Shown piece by piece: positions 24,329 to 36,714 of a DNA stretch of 64,000 bases. The first letter of the stretch is position 1. Each line of letters begins with the position of its first letter. The translations under genes and the position numbers were made by a program. The DNA is from Callorhinchus milii (Eukaryota), in assembly GCF_018977255.1 (NCBI RefSeq), contig NW_024704743.1, positions 67,954,001 to 68,018,000 of the forward strand. Direction: 5' to 3'. The notes beneath the pieces were generated by a model. The model worked only from the letters and a program-made list of their open reading frames with translations, was not told the DNA's origin and did no database searches.

Positions 24329-24637
24329 TTCCATTGGGGTTAACTCGGAATACCCGTCTGTGTGACTCATCTTAGTTGAGTCACCTTTGAAATAGGGATT
24401 CACACCGACAGGGTTAGGAGAGAAGCAGAGGCCACTTAGTATGAAAGAGTTAATAAAATTTGCACGTACATCAATGGGTGAGAAATGTTGCACCTCCAGC
24501 AAGCCGGACCAATGGAGGTGGGAGGAGGGAGCTCTGGCAAACAATGTTCCAAGGATAAACTGCCAACAGGATTTCAATTTGTCACTGCAATATATGCATG
24601 TTTGCACATAAGCATATCCACCGTCCCCAATCCGCTA

Positions 24638-25027
24638 GCGTATTAGTTGGTGCCCTCACCTCACAAACGAGAGGACCTGGGTTTGATTCCTGGGTGGGGT
24701 AAAACCTTAGGCAAGTTTCCTTACTCCACATAACTCTGTTTACCTAGCAGTAAACCTTGGACATCCTCCCGACGTGAAAGGTGCTATACAAATGTAATTT
24801 TGTTGTTGTTGTAAGTAGGAACCCGGTTGTTAGTCGCTTTCCAGGGGTAATAAATCCAAACCCCTCCCCCCCATAAAATAAAATTGCCCAATGAATCCAC
24901 AACTGTTTGTGGGGCACTACTGGCCCACAAAATACAATCAATCCACTTTACAATATATTCTGTGCAGCGTTTTGAGAATTCTCAATGACGTAATAAGGCA
25001 CCCAATCAAATGCAAGGATAATTATCA
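24638..25027 (+). mobile_element. Long-form tRNA/Deu SINE with a 57-bp L2 tail inserted at 24754-24810
   Basis: GAGGACCTGGGTTTGATTCC..CTCTGTTTACCTAGCAGTAA|L2 stub|GTAAGTAGGAACCCGG, with GTAA duplicated. Confidence 0.85.
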
Positions 25028-26024
25028 TAAATATTTAACATATTTATTAGATTTGTACCTAAAATGCCTGATTGTTTATTGATTGAAGATGGCAAACAAA
25101 TGGTCAGATTAGTATATTGCATGGCTTTAAGAAAGTAAAATCCATCCTGTAATTTTCAAAGCCAGTTTGTTTATCCTCAGTTGGAAACGAAAATCAATGG
25201 AAACCAAACCTAAAAGAAATTTATACACCTCAGACATTATGTTAAAAGTATTCAAGTTGAACGGTCATAGAATGTAGACACTGGAACGCAGCAATCTTCA
25301 AGTAATGGCTATTAGGTTACTATTTGTTATGGCAATCATTGCAAAATAATCTATTGCTATTTGCATAGTCTCTGCTGACAATGTTATAAATGTAGGAAAA
25401 ATGACAACAATTTAAAATAGGTTTATTGTCTATTGAAGCCGAACCATAATCAATACACAATCATAGATCTGGGCTTAGTTCAGCCCTTAATCAATTTTTT
25501 GTCCCAGTTCTTGCTACCATTGGCAGTTCCATTGATCGCCAAATGTTGAAATCTGGAGCAATTTTACGAAACCAAGTAATTTAATAAGACGTTTCCACTA
25601 ATACCAATCAAATCCCATTATTTTAGAGTTCTCAACAGCAGTTTGCTTCTCAAGGATTCATTGTAGCAAAGTTTGAAGCTCTCCATGATTCACTTATTCC
25701 AAGACTAAAAAGGAGACACATTCTAAAACCCATTTAGATACCAATGTCCCATATCTGGACTGACTTGGAAACTAATGATTGGTATTACAAGTGGGATATT
25801 ATGAGCCAAGCGGGTCCACTGTTCTCCAGGGAACTGCTGATGGCATTGTTATAATATGTTCTGTTGTCAATCAATATTAATTCTGAACACCTAATAAGTA
25901 TTGAAACATGTGGTATGTGGAAGAATAGATAATCATGGATTTTACATTGATTTCAGAGAGATGTACAATTTTAAGTGAGGAGTCAGAACAAGTGGTGCAC
26001 TGTTGCTTGATGTGGATATAACAC

Positions 26025-26380
26025 CAACATAGCACCCTTCACGCAAGATAGGGTCTTGGAGTGTCACAGTGACAAATTTGGATGCCAAGCAAGGAAGGAG
26101 GGAGAGATGACCATAGGTACAGTTAAAGAGGTAGGTTTTAATTTGGTATTTAAAGATAAAGAGGGAGTGAAGCGGAGGAATGGAGGGAGAGAGTAGCCAC
26201 TGAGGGTGGTGCATAGGGAACCAGGCATTCAGCTGAGCAAAGGGGGCGAGCAGAGGAATGAAGTACAACCAGATCAGAGGGACAGGGAGGTGCTCGGGTG
26301 TGGAGGGAATTATATGTGAGGATGAGAACCCTAAAGTCACACAATTCAGAGCCAGGGCAGATGGCAAGAATTGGGATAAC
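26025..26380 (-). mobile_element. Older L2 3' fragment
   Basis: ATAGCACCCTTCAC; minus-strand translation includes FKYQIKTYLFN and DFRVLILTYNSLH. Confidence 0.7.
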
Positions 26381-26382
26381 AG

Positions 26383-26407
26383 GTGTGTGTGTGTGTGTGT
26401 GTGTGTG
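26383..26407 (+). repeat. (GT)n microsatellite
   Basis: About 12 GT units. Confidence 0.95.
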
Positions 26408-27861
26408 CAGGTTGGTGCATGTGTGGATCATAAGGGAAGTAATGCTAAACTCGTCTGTCTATCTAAAAGGAATGTAAATATTAGTTTGCCATCTCCACGA
26501 CATGTGGAATACAAGGAAGGCGTCATCCATCATTTCTGGTACAAATATAAAACAACACATTTGGTCAGTAGCAAATGCATTATAAGCCATGAGAGTGAAT
26601 TTTTTGCCATGACTTCAATATCAAGATATGGCAATGCCATAAAAATAGTTATGCCATTCATTTTTACTTTCATCATTCATTTACTTTATCATGTTGGAAT
26701 GGCGGACTACAGGTTCCTGTGATTGAATCACTGCTTGTCTGAATAATGTAATACCTCACCGTGTTATTTCACAATAAAAGATACAGATTTCAGCAGAAAA
26801 TGACAGCAGGACTTCACAGATTGATGCAGGAAAATATGTTCTCTAGCTTGGTTCTCTAGCTCATTCTACTGTGCAATACACAGCATTAAAATAATTGCTT
26901 TTGCACGCAATAATAAAGATTTTACATGCATTCAGAAACAAAGCAGCCTTACAGCATTTTTTTAAAGTTAAATCTGCCATGACGAGGACTGACAGCCAGT
27001 GATCTATACAGGTAAACTATATCAGTCATCCGTTTTCAAAATGTGAAAGGGATTGATCAATGCTGCAGNTTTTTTGATATTACGCCATCAAGTTGTGACA
27101 TTTAATTCAATAGCTTCAATTGAGATCCAATCGTAATGATGCAGAGAATATGTCAACTTGTCAGGATAAGATTTTGTGGTCAGTCTCTGCAGTAACGTAA
27201 GAAGCACATCTCATCTCTCCCCTTCAATATTTTTCTTAATCCTTACCACATTTGGACAATGCATTAGATCTGGCGCTTTATGTACAGTGGAACACAGTTT
27301 CATATATTATTAGAAATTTCCTCAAAATTACAAGTGCTAAAAAAGTTAATTTTTATGCATTCCATTTATTGAACATGCAACAGAAAATGCACAAAAAAGC
27401 TAGTCCAGATAATTTGAGAATTAATTTCAAAGCAAAAGCAGGGCTGACCACAAACCAACTGAGAGCATGTCAATTAACTAATAAAATAAAATCAGATTCA
27501 CAGCATTCAAGGCTTATCATGTAAGCACCAAAGGCAATTACAGCATATTATCCACTTGGGCATGAATATGTATTGATTATCTTAGAAACTTGTATTCATT
27601 ATTGTACAGACATACAATATATCTGTACAATCAAGCACTCCAGCACACCACCCCACATGAAGGGCGCTATATAAATGTAAATTGTTGTTAATATCTATAG
27701 TTGAAAATTCAGAACGTTCAAGCAGAATAAAACCAAGTTGTATTAAATCACAGTACACAAATTTAAAGGCTCAAGCAAGGCTGAAGGTTAAAAGAAAAAT
27801 AGTTCCCTCCACTCCACAGATTAATAATTGTGATACAGACTTAAACTATAAAAGTATATTT

Positions 27862-28160
27862 TCCTCAGGGCAGCCCCATTGGTGTATTGGATGGAGAAGC
27901 AGCCTTCCCAGGACTAAGGAGGGGAACATCAGCCAAGGTTCCTACTCCTGGTTCCTCTACAACACCCTATACTAGTAGTACACAAGTGTAGCTGCTGATT
28001 GAGGTCAGGCGAGGCTGCAATGTTCTCTTGAGTAACCCACTGACATTCACTGCCAAGGCTCACACTGACAATGGCCACTTAGCTGAGCACCAGAGGACAT
28101 CTAATATTCATGAAACTGCACCAGCAGGAGTAGAGAGGCTTATGGCAAAGGAAAAAGTAA
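27862..28160 (+). repeat. Old SINE-like dispersed repeat, family Y (related to ~7340-7510 and ~32780-33245)
   Basis: Shared motifs GGRCTA..GAGGGGAA..ATCAGCCAAGGTTCC, GTCAGG..AGGCT, GGCTCACAC..AATGGCCAC and GAACTG(T/C)ACC. Confidence 0.5.
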
Positions 28161-28223
28161 AACAATATGAATTGGACATCCAGAAATTAAAATCCTAAAT
28201 AATATATATATTATCTGTATATG

Positions 28224-28313
28224 TACTTCTGGTGATTAATTGTATATAAGGGAAACATATATAATATAATAATATTATATGTTCCCCTTATGCACAATTA
28301 ATCACCAGAAGTA
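28224..28313. mobile_element. 90-bp near-perfect palindrome, TA-flanked (MITE-like)
   Basis: 37-bp arms TACTTCTGGTGATTAATTGTATATAAGGGAAACATAT and ATATGTTCCCCTTATGCACAATTAATCACCAGAAGTA with 3 mismatches; AT-only loop. Confidence 0.75.
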
Positions 28314-28319
28314 GTCTTA

Positions 28320-28690
28320 ATCTGACTCAGTTGTAGCATTGATGCCTCTGAGTCAGATGGTTGTGGGTTCACAGGTTGTACAGATCCCCGTCTAGGCTCA
28401 TACACCAATGCAGCACTGGACTGTTGGAAGTGCCGTCCTTCCGATTAGGTATTAAACTGAGGTCTCATCAGCCTGTTCAGGTTAAAGATCCCCTGGCACT
28501 ATTCAATAAGCAACGTTTCTCCTGGTGCCCTGGTCAATAGTGCTCCAGATAAAATGAGTCATTCACTTCATAGTTTTTTGCGAGACCTTGCTATGTAAAA
28601 ATTAGCTGCTGATTTGCCTACAAATCAGTAGAATACAATCACTAGACTAGACAGAAATTGCCTAGAAAATGCTTTGAGATATTTCGACAT
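28320..28690 (+). mobile_element. Older full-type Deu SINE (SacSINE1-like head)
   Basis: CTCAGTTGTAGCA..GCCTCTGAGTCAGATGGTTGTGGGTTC..GTGCCGTCCTTCCGATTAGGTATTAAACTGAGG. Confidence 0.8.
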
Positions 28691-30419
28691 TAACAGGTCA
28701 CCCAAGTGGACTTGTGTTCAACATCAGGTCAAAGCTCAAAGCTTGTGGTTTCTGATATTTCTACTATCTCACCCACAGATAGATGGCTGCTGCTCCAGAA
28801 TACAGCTGCAAAAAATGTTTAGAGAACGCCACTGTTCTTTCAATAGCAATAGAAGTGATTCATTGCACTTAATGCGTTGTCATTAAGAGCAGAATTGAGC
28901 CTTTGCTGTTCATTCTTCCAAGCTGATTTACACCTCCTTTCAACTATCTTCTTGGGAGGCTTATTAAGACAATATGTCCAATGCACAAATGATGTTCAGT
29001 TCATCTGCACAGGTAGTCTAAGAGACAAAATCAAGATCAATAAAAGTACCAGGGTATACCTCTTTTTTGAATGTTACAGCTTGTAACAATTTATTCTTCT
29101 GACATGCAATTTTCAGCAACTTCTTTTTCAAAAAAGTTTTGAATGGATTGCACGATGCAAGTTATGTGCTATTTTCTGAGTGGGTCTTTAAAGCACTTTG
29201 ATGCCAATCTCTCAAAAGCCTTCTGCTTTCGCAGAAAATCAGGGAACCACAAACAGAAGCAATATTTATTTGTTGAGAATGTTTGCCATATATTTGATAA
29301 CTTGCACTTGTAATGAACTCATGACTATTCAGCTCATCCTAAATATTGCAGGTATATAGAACTTCTCACTTAATCTCATTATTTTATCAAGAAACAAAAG
29401 TGGAACTTTATTCCACCAGCCTAAAGATCTATTGTTTGTCACTTCCTGATGACAATAAGGCATGCTGAAATATGACTTCATAGGCACAGGAGGTTCTCCA
29501 ATTCCACCTGATCTAATTTTACTCTATTACCACAACATTTCAGACTGTGCTGAATCTGGTAAATTGTTTATTCAGCCTTAACCTTGAAGTCCCTACAGAT
29601 GAACGACTTAAAAATTCAAGACCAATGTTACGTTAATAGAATTAATCTAGACCCTGGTGTAATTTCTACCCATGGGTGACCTCTGGTAACTCAAACAGGT
29701 GAGAATTCTTTGTATGTGTGCCAGACAGTGCGTGATGACAGACCATAATCATAATGAACATCATAATTGAGCCAGAGGCCAAATTATCAGGGGTCTTAAT
29801 ATCACGATCTTGAAAGTGATCAGTTTTGTCTTGGTCAGTGATCTTATCAACTGAGGCAGATATGGACTCCAGCACCCACTTCGATGTCATGTCCAACAAA
29901 TCCACCTTTGACAGGCTGCCAATAAAGTGGTGATCAGACTCCTCATTAGTCCTGTGCAATGAGTACAGCACCAGATAGTTCAGAACTACCCTAGACTTGA
30001 CCCATAACCATTCCTACACACTTTCCCCATTCTGGAAATCCATCCCAGAGTCCCTCCACCTCGTCCCCCTCCCCACCTTAAAGCCTAAAGACCCTTCTTT
30101 TTAACTGAGCTTTGGGTTACTTTGTTTCTCTCTTGCTCGCCCCCCCCACCCATACACACCCCAGCTTTGGGATCCCAGTCAGCTAGGTGAAGCACTCGAG
30201 AAATCCTTCCGACATCTATATAAATCATCACTGTTTCAGAATTGAAAACATTTGATGTGGCACCTTTCACATTGGATGTTTCAAAGAGCTTCACAGAATT
30301 TACTTTAACAAGCAGTCACTGTGTATTTTATAGGCTGAATTACCCACTTATCTCAGTGACATATCTTCCAGTTTGGAGATCCATGACACACCTCTGCGAT
30401 GTTCTTCGATTGAAACAAA

Positions 30420-30545
30420 TGGAACAACCCCTCTCAAATGGATACATCTGGAATTTCCATGTGTAGGTGGGATGCATGGAAATCTCAGTTTGGTTTGGAT
30501 ACTCTCAAGCATGGTGATGGGATTCTGCATGTGTCAGATACCTTG
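30420..30545 (-). repeat. Unclassified old dispersed repeat, family X (copy)
   Basis: GGAATTTCCATGTGTAGGTGGGATGCATGGAAATCTCAGTTTGGTTTGGA..GCATGTGTCAGATAC, the reverse complement of the 15054 copy. Confidence 0.75.
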
Positions 30546-31862
30546 CTGACCAAAAAAAACCCACACAATTTCTCCATACTCTTTCTTGTGGAGGTCAGCC
30601 TTGAGTATTTCACACAGAATAGATTTTTCTCTCCAGATACTCATCTGTTATTATGCTCAGAAAATTTCCACAGTCACAATCTCTGCAAACTAGAAGAAAA
30701 TCAAATTACACTATTTAGTGAGTTATTTTAGTATGCATAAAAGCTAGGGCAGCAGCTTCAGCAACACGTGGTCTAAAATAGAGTTCTTCTCTTGTGAGAA
30801 TACTTTGCCAACTGCTCTGTGGATTTTCATGTCTTTTTTTAAAGAAAAGCAGAAAGAGCACCATTATACTCCAAGACACTGACCATTTTCTATTGTTATT
30901 CATTCTTGAGCATTTGTACCAAATTCTCTCTGTAATTTCATAAGACAGTGGTCCCAGATTCTCATTTTCCTATGCATTCAATTCCTTCCCTCAGGTCTTA
31001 CCTAAAACCACACTATTAATAGTTTCCTATTTTTAAGGCCCATTATATTAGTTTTTAACATTTAAAATAAACATAATACTCTATTAAATGAGCAGCTGAA
31101 ATGATAGTTTGTTGCATGCTGTGTACTTATCATGCTGTGTACTTTCTGCTCTTCAAAATACAATGTCTAAAAAAAAGCATTTCAGTGACCTATCTTCAAG
31201 GTCCATAACATGTTTTTGCTTTTCAAACTCTGTCACCACTGGGATGCATCTTTCAACCATTTGCTGGCCATGGTTCTTTTATAGAACAAAATAATCTTTA
31301 TCATTGACCTATGTTCAAGGTCTGTCATATTTCAAATCCTGTCTGACCTTTCATTTACTGGCAGCAAAAATTCAACAGACTCCGATTTTTCAGTCTCAGT
31401 TGTGCTGCCTGTCCTGCACACGATTTCTATTCTATTCTTTTATGCAGCATCTTAGGATATACGGAACATGCGGCAATTCTTTTTGTACAAATACAATTAA
31501 GTACCAAACAAACATTATCCATCAGTGATTTTGAAGCTAATATTTTGCCCCACCGCACACTTCTTTGTGATGTGAATAATTTGTGTTATTAACCACTTTC
31601 CTTAACACTTTCACCTCCATTCAACAGATATCTTCAAGGATGCAATAAATTCTACTTTAGATTGCTACAATAAGTAAAGCAAGCATTAGACAGAAGACTA
31701 CCACAATAGTAATGAAGCTTCTCCACCTACATCATAAACTATAGATTCTGAAAGGTGAAATAGTTAGCTCCATTATTACCACTTCTACTGCCAACCTTAT
31801 CAGTCCATTCCTCCAAGGTGAGTAAGCCTACTTAATGTTAGTAATTAATCATTACTATTAGT

Positions 31863-32207
31863 GGAGTCCTGTAGCTCAGTGGTTAGAGCACTTGCCTTGC
31901 AAGTGAGAAACCTGGGTTTGATTCCCAGCAGGGCAAAACATTGAGCAAGTTTCCTTATTCCACACGCCTCTGTTTAGCTAGCAGTAAGTAGGAACCCAGT
32001 TGTTAGTCGATTGGCGGATCACTTTTCTGGGGGTAATAATTCCTTAAAAAAAAAATTGGTCACTTCAATCTACGACTGTTTGTGGGACAATTGGCTGCTG
32101 GTTTCACCCACAAAGTATATAGTCAATTCACTTTACAGTATATTCTATGAAGCGCTTTGAGACGTCTCAAATTCATGATAAGGCGCTATCTCAAATGCAG
32201 GGATTAT
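31863..32207 (+). mobile_element. Full-length long-form tRNA/Deu SINE with TSD TATTAGT
   Basis: Head GGAGTCCTGTAGCTCAGTGGTTAGAGC; extra segment CTCTGTTTAGCTAGCAGTAAGTAGGAACCC..GGCGGATC; TATTAGT at 31856-31862 and 32208-32214. Confidence 0.95.
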
Positions 32208-32544
32208 TATTAGTAGTAGTAATTTGCCACCATTAGTAGTTCTAATGATACAGCATTTCTATGAAATCTTTAGCAGAATTATTCAGCTTTTTATTGCTTC
32301 TCTCCAAAACAATATCCATAATTCATAATCCCAAATGTATTCAAGAGGCTGTGAAAATGAAAGAGAAGAAGCAGATGAAGGGCTCAGAGAATAAGAGAAA
32401 ATGCAGAAGCAGAACGAATTGGATGCCTTGGAACTGAGAGAAAACACAATGGAAAGTGAAGAGGAGGTGGAGTGGAGAAATGTAAAATACAATGAAATGA
32501 AGGTTTTATGTATGGAATGGAAAAAACAATGAAATTGGGCACTC

Positions 32545-32673
32545 CCTACCCTCCCTGCCCTCCAACCCTCCTGATCTGAACCCCCAGCTCGTGTCCAAAT
32601 TCCTGACTATCCAGCTCCTTGGGATGTCCTCCCGATGTGAAAGGCGCTATACAAATGTAATTTGCTGTTGTTG
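32545..32673 (+). mobile_element. L2 3' stub
   Basis: CTTGGGATGTCCTCCCGATGTGAAAGGCGCTATACAAATG..TGTTGTTG. Confidence 0.85.
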
Positions 32674-32779
32674 AGATTACTGTTCACCTCAGCAAAAGTA
32701 ATATTAAGATATGATAAAATATATCGTTAGCAACAAAAAAAATAATAGGACTACACAATTTAAATAAACCAAGCCTCTC

Positions 32780-33245
32780 TAATGGCTTAGTAAAAGTCCA
32801 AGGTTCGATACCCGGTCTATGCAGAGTTTGCCATAAATCAACAGTCATTGCAGTAATTCCAATGAAGCACTTTGAGACATCCTGCTGACATCAAAAGTGC
32901 TGTAATCGAATGCAAAGATTATTTGATTGTTTATTTCATTTACTTTGCTGGTCTCACATGGGGCACTGGTGGAACACTAACAGATCTCAGCTGACAGGTT
33001 AAGCTAACAAAGGGGAAGAGAATCAAAGATCAACCGGGTTATCTGTCCAACTGTTATGAGAAGATCTCCTTGGTAGATTACGGATTTGCGCTAAGTTGTG
33101 TTTCCCTTTCCCATGGTCAATTATGCTCCTGACGCTGGTTGTCAAGACTACACATTAAATATTTTGGCGACGAACCAGAAGTCAATTGATTCCTGTAGAA
33201 CTGTACCCGTGTAGATGGAAAAATCTTCAGGTGAGGAAGAAAATT
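32780..33245 (+). repeat. Old SINE-like repeat, family Y, with B-box-like head; interrupted by a Deu-SINE tail at ~32840-32925
   Basis: AAGGTTCGATACCCGGTCTATGCAGAGTT head; 3' GAACTGTACCC..CTTCAGGTGAGGAAGAAAATT. Confidence 0.45.
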
Positions 33246-34409
33246 ACCAAAAGAAGTGTTAACATTTATGATTAATGACAGAAGATATTGCTTTATGGGT
33301 TGGTTAGGGACAGCAAGGGATAAACTACGTCTCCTCACGCTTCCAGTGTTACTGCCATACTTGCACTGACTTGTGTTCCTTTGTCGCTCTCTGCCAGAAT
33401 ATTAGATGCTTTTTCAGTGATAGAGTCATGGGTTTTGAAAAGCAACTTTCAGTTTGTTTTGTACAAACATTTCTGTATTCTAAATTAAATTGCAGCCCTC
33501 AAACATGGTAAATTTGTTTATGCTAATGTAACGGTGAAGTCATAAAAACAATACACAAGTTAAGCTAAAAGATGAAATTACAGGCTTACATTTGTATATA
33601 TTCTGAAATGTGAATGCGAAAATGACACAGTAATTTTTCTCCAAAACAACAGTTGTTAGCATGCAATGCATTACATTCTAACAAATAAAACATTCTGAAT
33701 GTTTTCAGTGGAAATACTAGACTGTATTCATACAACAGCAGCAGCTGCAGTGCCCATGCATCATATTGCATGCCTGTGTACATTACATGCAGTAAAACTT
33801 CCTTTCTTTCCTGCGCTGAAATATTATTCAGTTTCACAATTTGCCTGAAGGTGTTCAGCTTCCTCACATGAAATGAGAGACAGTCTTTGAACAGACTAGA
33901 TCTGCTTCCTCAAATTGAAACGTCTCTTAGTTCAATTCCTGGCTGTTCAGGGCTGGCACTTGTAGTAAAAGTCTTAACGATTCAGACGTTGTCTTTGGGT
34001 GTAATAGCTCTACTACCGCCTGAATTTACAAAATGTACTGTATAGCTAAGTAATGGACGAGTCAGTCAATCAGCGATTTTGATTAGGTCAACAAATCTAA
34101 ATGTAGGAGCGATTCTTTCAGTGGTCACGGAGGCTGTGTCTCAGTTCTAAAACTGGTGAAAGAGAAATGGATGGATATTCTCCCTGTTTCACAAGCACCC
34201 CTCTGAAAACAGGGTAACACAGATATACCACAGTTTCTACAGACTAAGCAACGTCAAGATTATACTCTACATTGAATTCATTTGTTAAACACTCCCATAG
34301 ACTGGTTGTGTCGTATGGTCTAACGATTTAATTTGCATGAACAATAGATGAAGAATAATTGTGATGTTTCTCATCACATTTATCCTGAAAGGTCACAGCT
34401 TAACATGAT

Positions 34410-34608
34410 TAACAACTTACATTTATATAGTACCTTTCACATCGGGAGGACGTCCCAAGATACTGGACAATCGAAGGTTTGCACCCGAGCTAGAATTTGG
34501 ATTCAAGAGCAATGGGATGTCAAGGGTATTGGAGACGGGAAGATGAGGGATATCTTGAGATGGACGTTGAAGGAGATGAGGGAAGGGGCGAGGCAAAGGG
34601 ACTCGATT
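34410..34608 (-). mobile_element. L2 3' stub
   Basis: CATTTATATAGTACCTTTCACATCGGGAGGACGTCCCAAG. Confidence 0.85.
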
Positions 34609-35433
34609 ATGTATACCATAATGTAATGTAACATAATTAAGTAATGATTGATTACAAGAACAGTTCAATTGAAGAAGGCCCTTTGGCCTAGATCTCAAAT
34701 CTTCCAGAAATCCCATTCATTACCATATCAAGCTGCTTCTTAAAGAGCACAATGTTCTGGCCTCAATCACCTTTCTTAGTAACTCACCGTTAACTGCCTT
34801 TTGTGTGAAGAAATACTTTCTGCTTATGCCCTGAAATTGGTCTTCACAAACTTGAGCCTTATGGCCTTAGTGCATCAGAGCACAGGACTATATTCAGTCG
34901 AGCTCCTCCAAAGGCATAGTGAATAAACATACCAATTTGATAATATTGAGATATATAGATTAGACAAATACAAAAAACATCTAATCTGATCTGAGTAAAT
35001 TAATAGCAGTCATAAAAAACAGACACATTCATATCTCCAACATACCAATATCTAAATCTAATTGAAGTACTTTTTTCTTCAAAATAATCATACTTGCATT
35101 TGATATAACACCTCATCGCATCTCAAATATCTGAAAATAATTTACAGAGTTTACCGAAGAGTGTAGTAACTGTGTATCTTACAAACCAGGTGCCAGATCC
35201 AATTTGCATGAAGCAATATCCCACAAAATATCCATAAATTAATGACCAATTCAAATAGAGCAAAGGGATTTTTAACGTCCTCTTGAATAGGCAGAGTAGC
35301 TCAATTTAAATGTCTCATTAGTTTCCAGGAACCAGTAGTTTCATGTTCTAATAGTCTATTCTAATATCTATGGCTATCACCTTTTTAACAAAGGAAAAAA
35401 TCTCTCAACAATCCACAAATTCAATTCTAATTA

Positions 35434-36009
35434 TAATAATCCTTGCATTTGATATAGCCCCTTATTACATCGTCGAGACATCTCAAAGCGCTTCACAAAA
35501 TATACCGTAAAGAGAAACAATTGTGGATTTAGTAACTAATTTTTTTTAAGGAAATATAAACCCTGAAAAGCGATCCGCCAATTGACTAATAACCGGGTTC
35601 CTGCTTACTGCTAGGTAAACAGAGGCATGTGGAATACAACAACAACGTGCGCTTATATAGCACCCTCCAAGCAGGCTAGCGTCTCAGAGCGCTTAACAGT
35701 GGTGGAGCTTGACTCCGAGCTGGGGGGCTGGGGAGGTGACCGTAAGCATGGTCGAAAAGGAAGATTTTCAGCTGGAACTTGAAAAGGGGAGAGGCACAGG
35801 GATTGAAGGAGAGAGTTCCAGAGTTTCGGAACGTAGTGGCTGAATGTGCAACCTCCAATGGTGGAGTGGAGAACACAAGGGAAAAGCAGGAGGCCAGTGA
35901 CAGTTGAGCAGAATAAGGAAACTTGCTTAAGATGTCCCCTGCCTGGGAATCGAACCCGAGTCTTCTTGCTTGCAAGGCGTGTGCTCTAACCACTATGCTA
36001 CAGGACTCC
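35434..36009 (-). mobile_element. Long-form SINE interrupted by an L2 3' fragment (35637-35910, TSD GAATA)
   Basis: SINE tail at 35434 and head CTATGCTACAGGACTCC at 36009. GAATA is duplicated at 35632-35636 and 35911-35915. Confidence 0.88.
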
Positions 36010-36714
36010 ATAACTACTACAGTTCTTCATTACATTTCTTTCAACATTAAATTTAGTACAATTTATTATGTGTTCTTTTTAAATTCTTGCATTTGATACA
36101 AAATATTTCAAAACATTTCAGAGCATTTTTTCTGCCAAGTGTAGTCACTGTGTACTTGTAGGTAAATGTGGCAGTCAATTGTACACAGCAATGTCTGTCC
36201 GACAAAGCAGCCATGAAGCGAATGACCAATTGAGCCAGGCTGATTTAACCTTACAAAGATGAATGTAACTATTTATTTAAATTTATACTGAACGTAAACC
36301 TCAAACTGAGTAGAAGTGAGTGAGATATTCAAAAAAATTATACTGCCAAGAAACCTTACAATATTTATAACGGCTACTTCTTTGCCAGCTGTTCTGCGCA
36401 TGCAATTAACACTTGAAGAATTGAATCCTGCAATTGCAGGAATCGTGTAGGAGTGAGCTTGCTTTCTTTTTTCCAGGTAATGAGACTGCAGAAAAATCAA
36501 TCACACAGTTGTTTCAATCAGATAGATGAGGCTGAGTTGACAGCCAAATGTAACAAGATAGGAAGTCAAACTTACGGAATTAAATTTATGGACACAGAGA
36601 GAGAGAGGGAGATAGCAGTAAAAATGCAAAGAAGAAAAACAGAATAGCTAAAATAAGGAACAAGGTGCATAGAAATTAAATGGAATTATATATTGACTTA
36701 GAACTCAGACAGTA

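Noticed and set aside
36426..36441. 16-bp perfect palindrome TCCTGCAATTGCAGGA
   Set aside because: About one such palindrome is expected by chance in 64 kb, and there is no supporting context.
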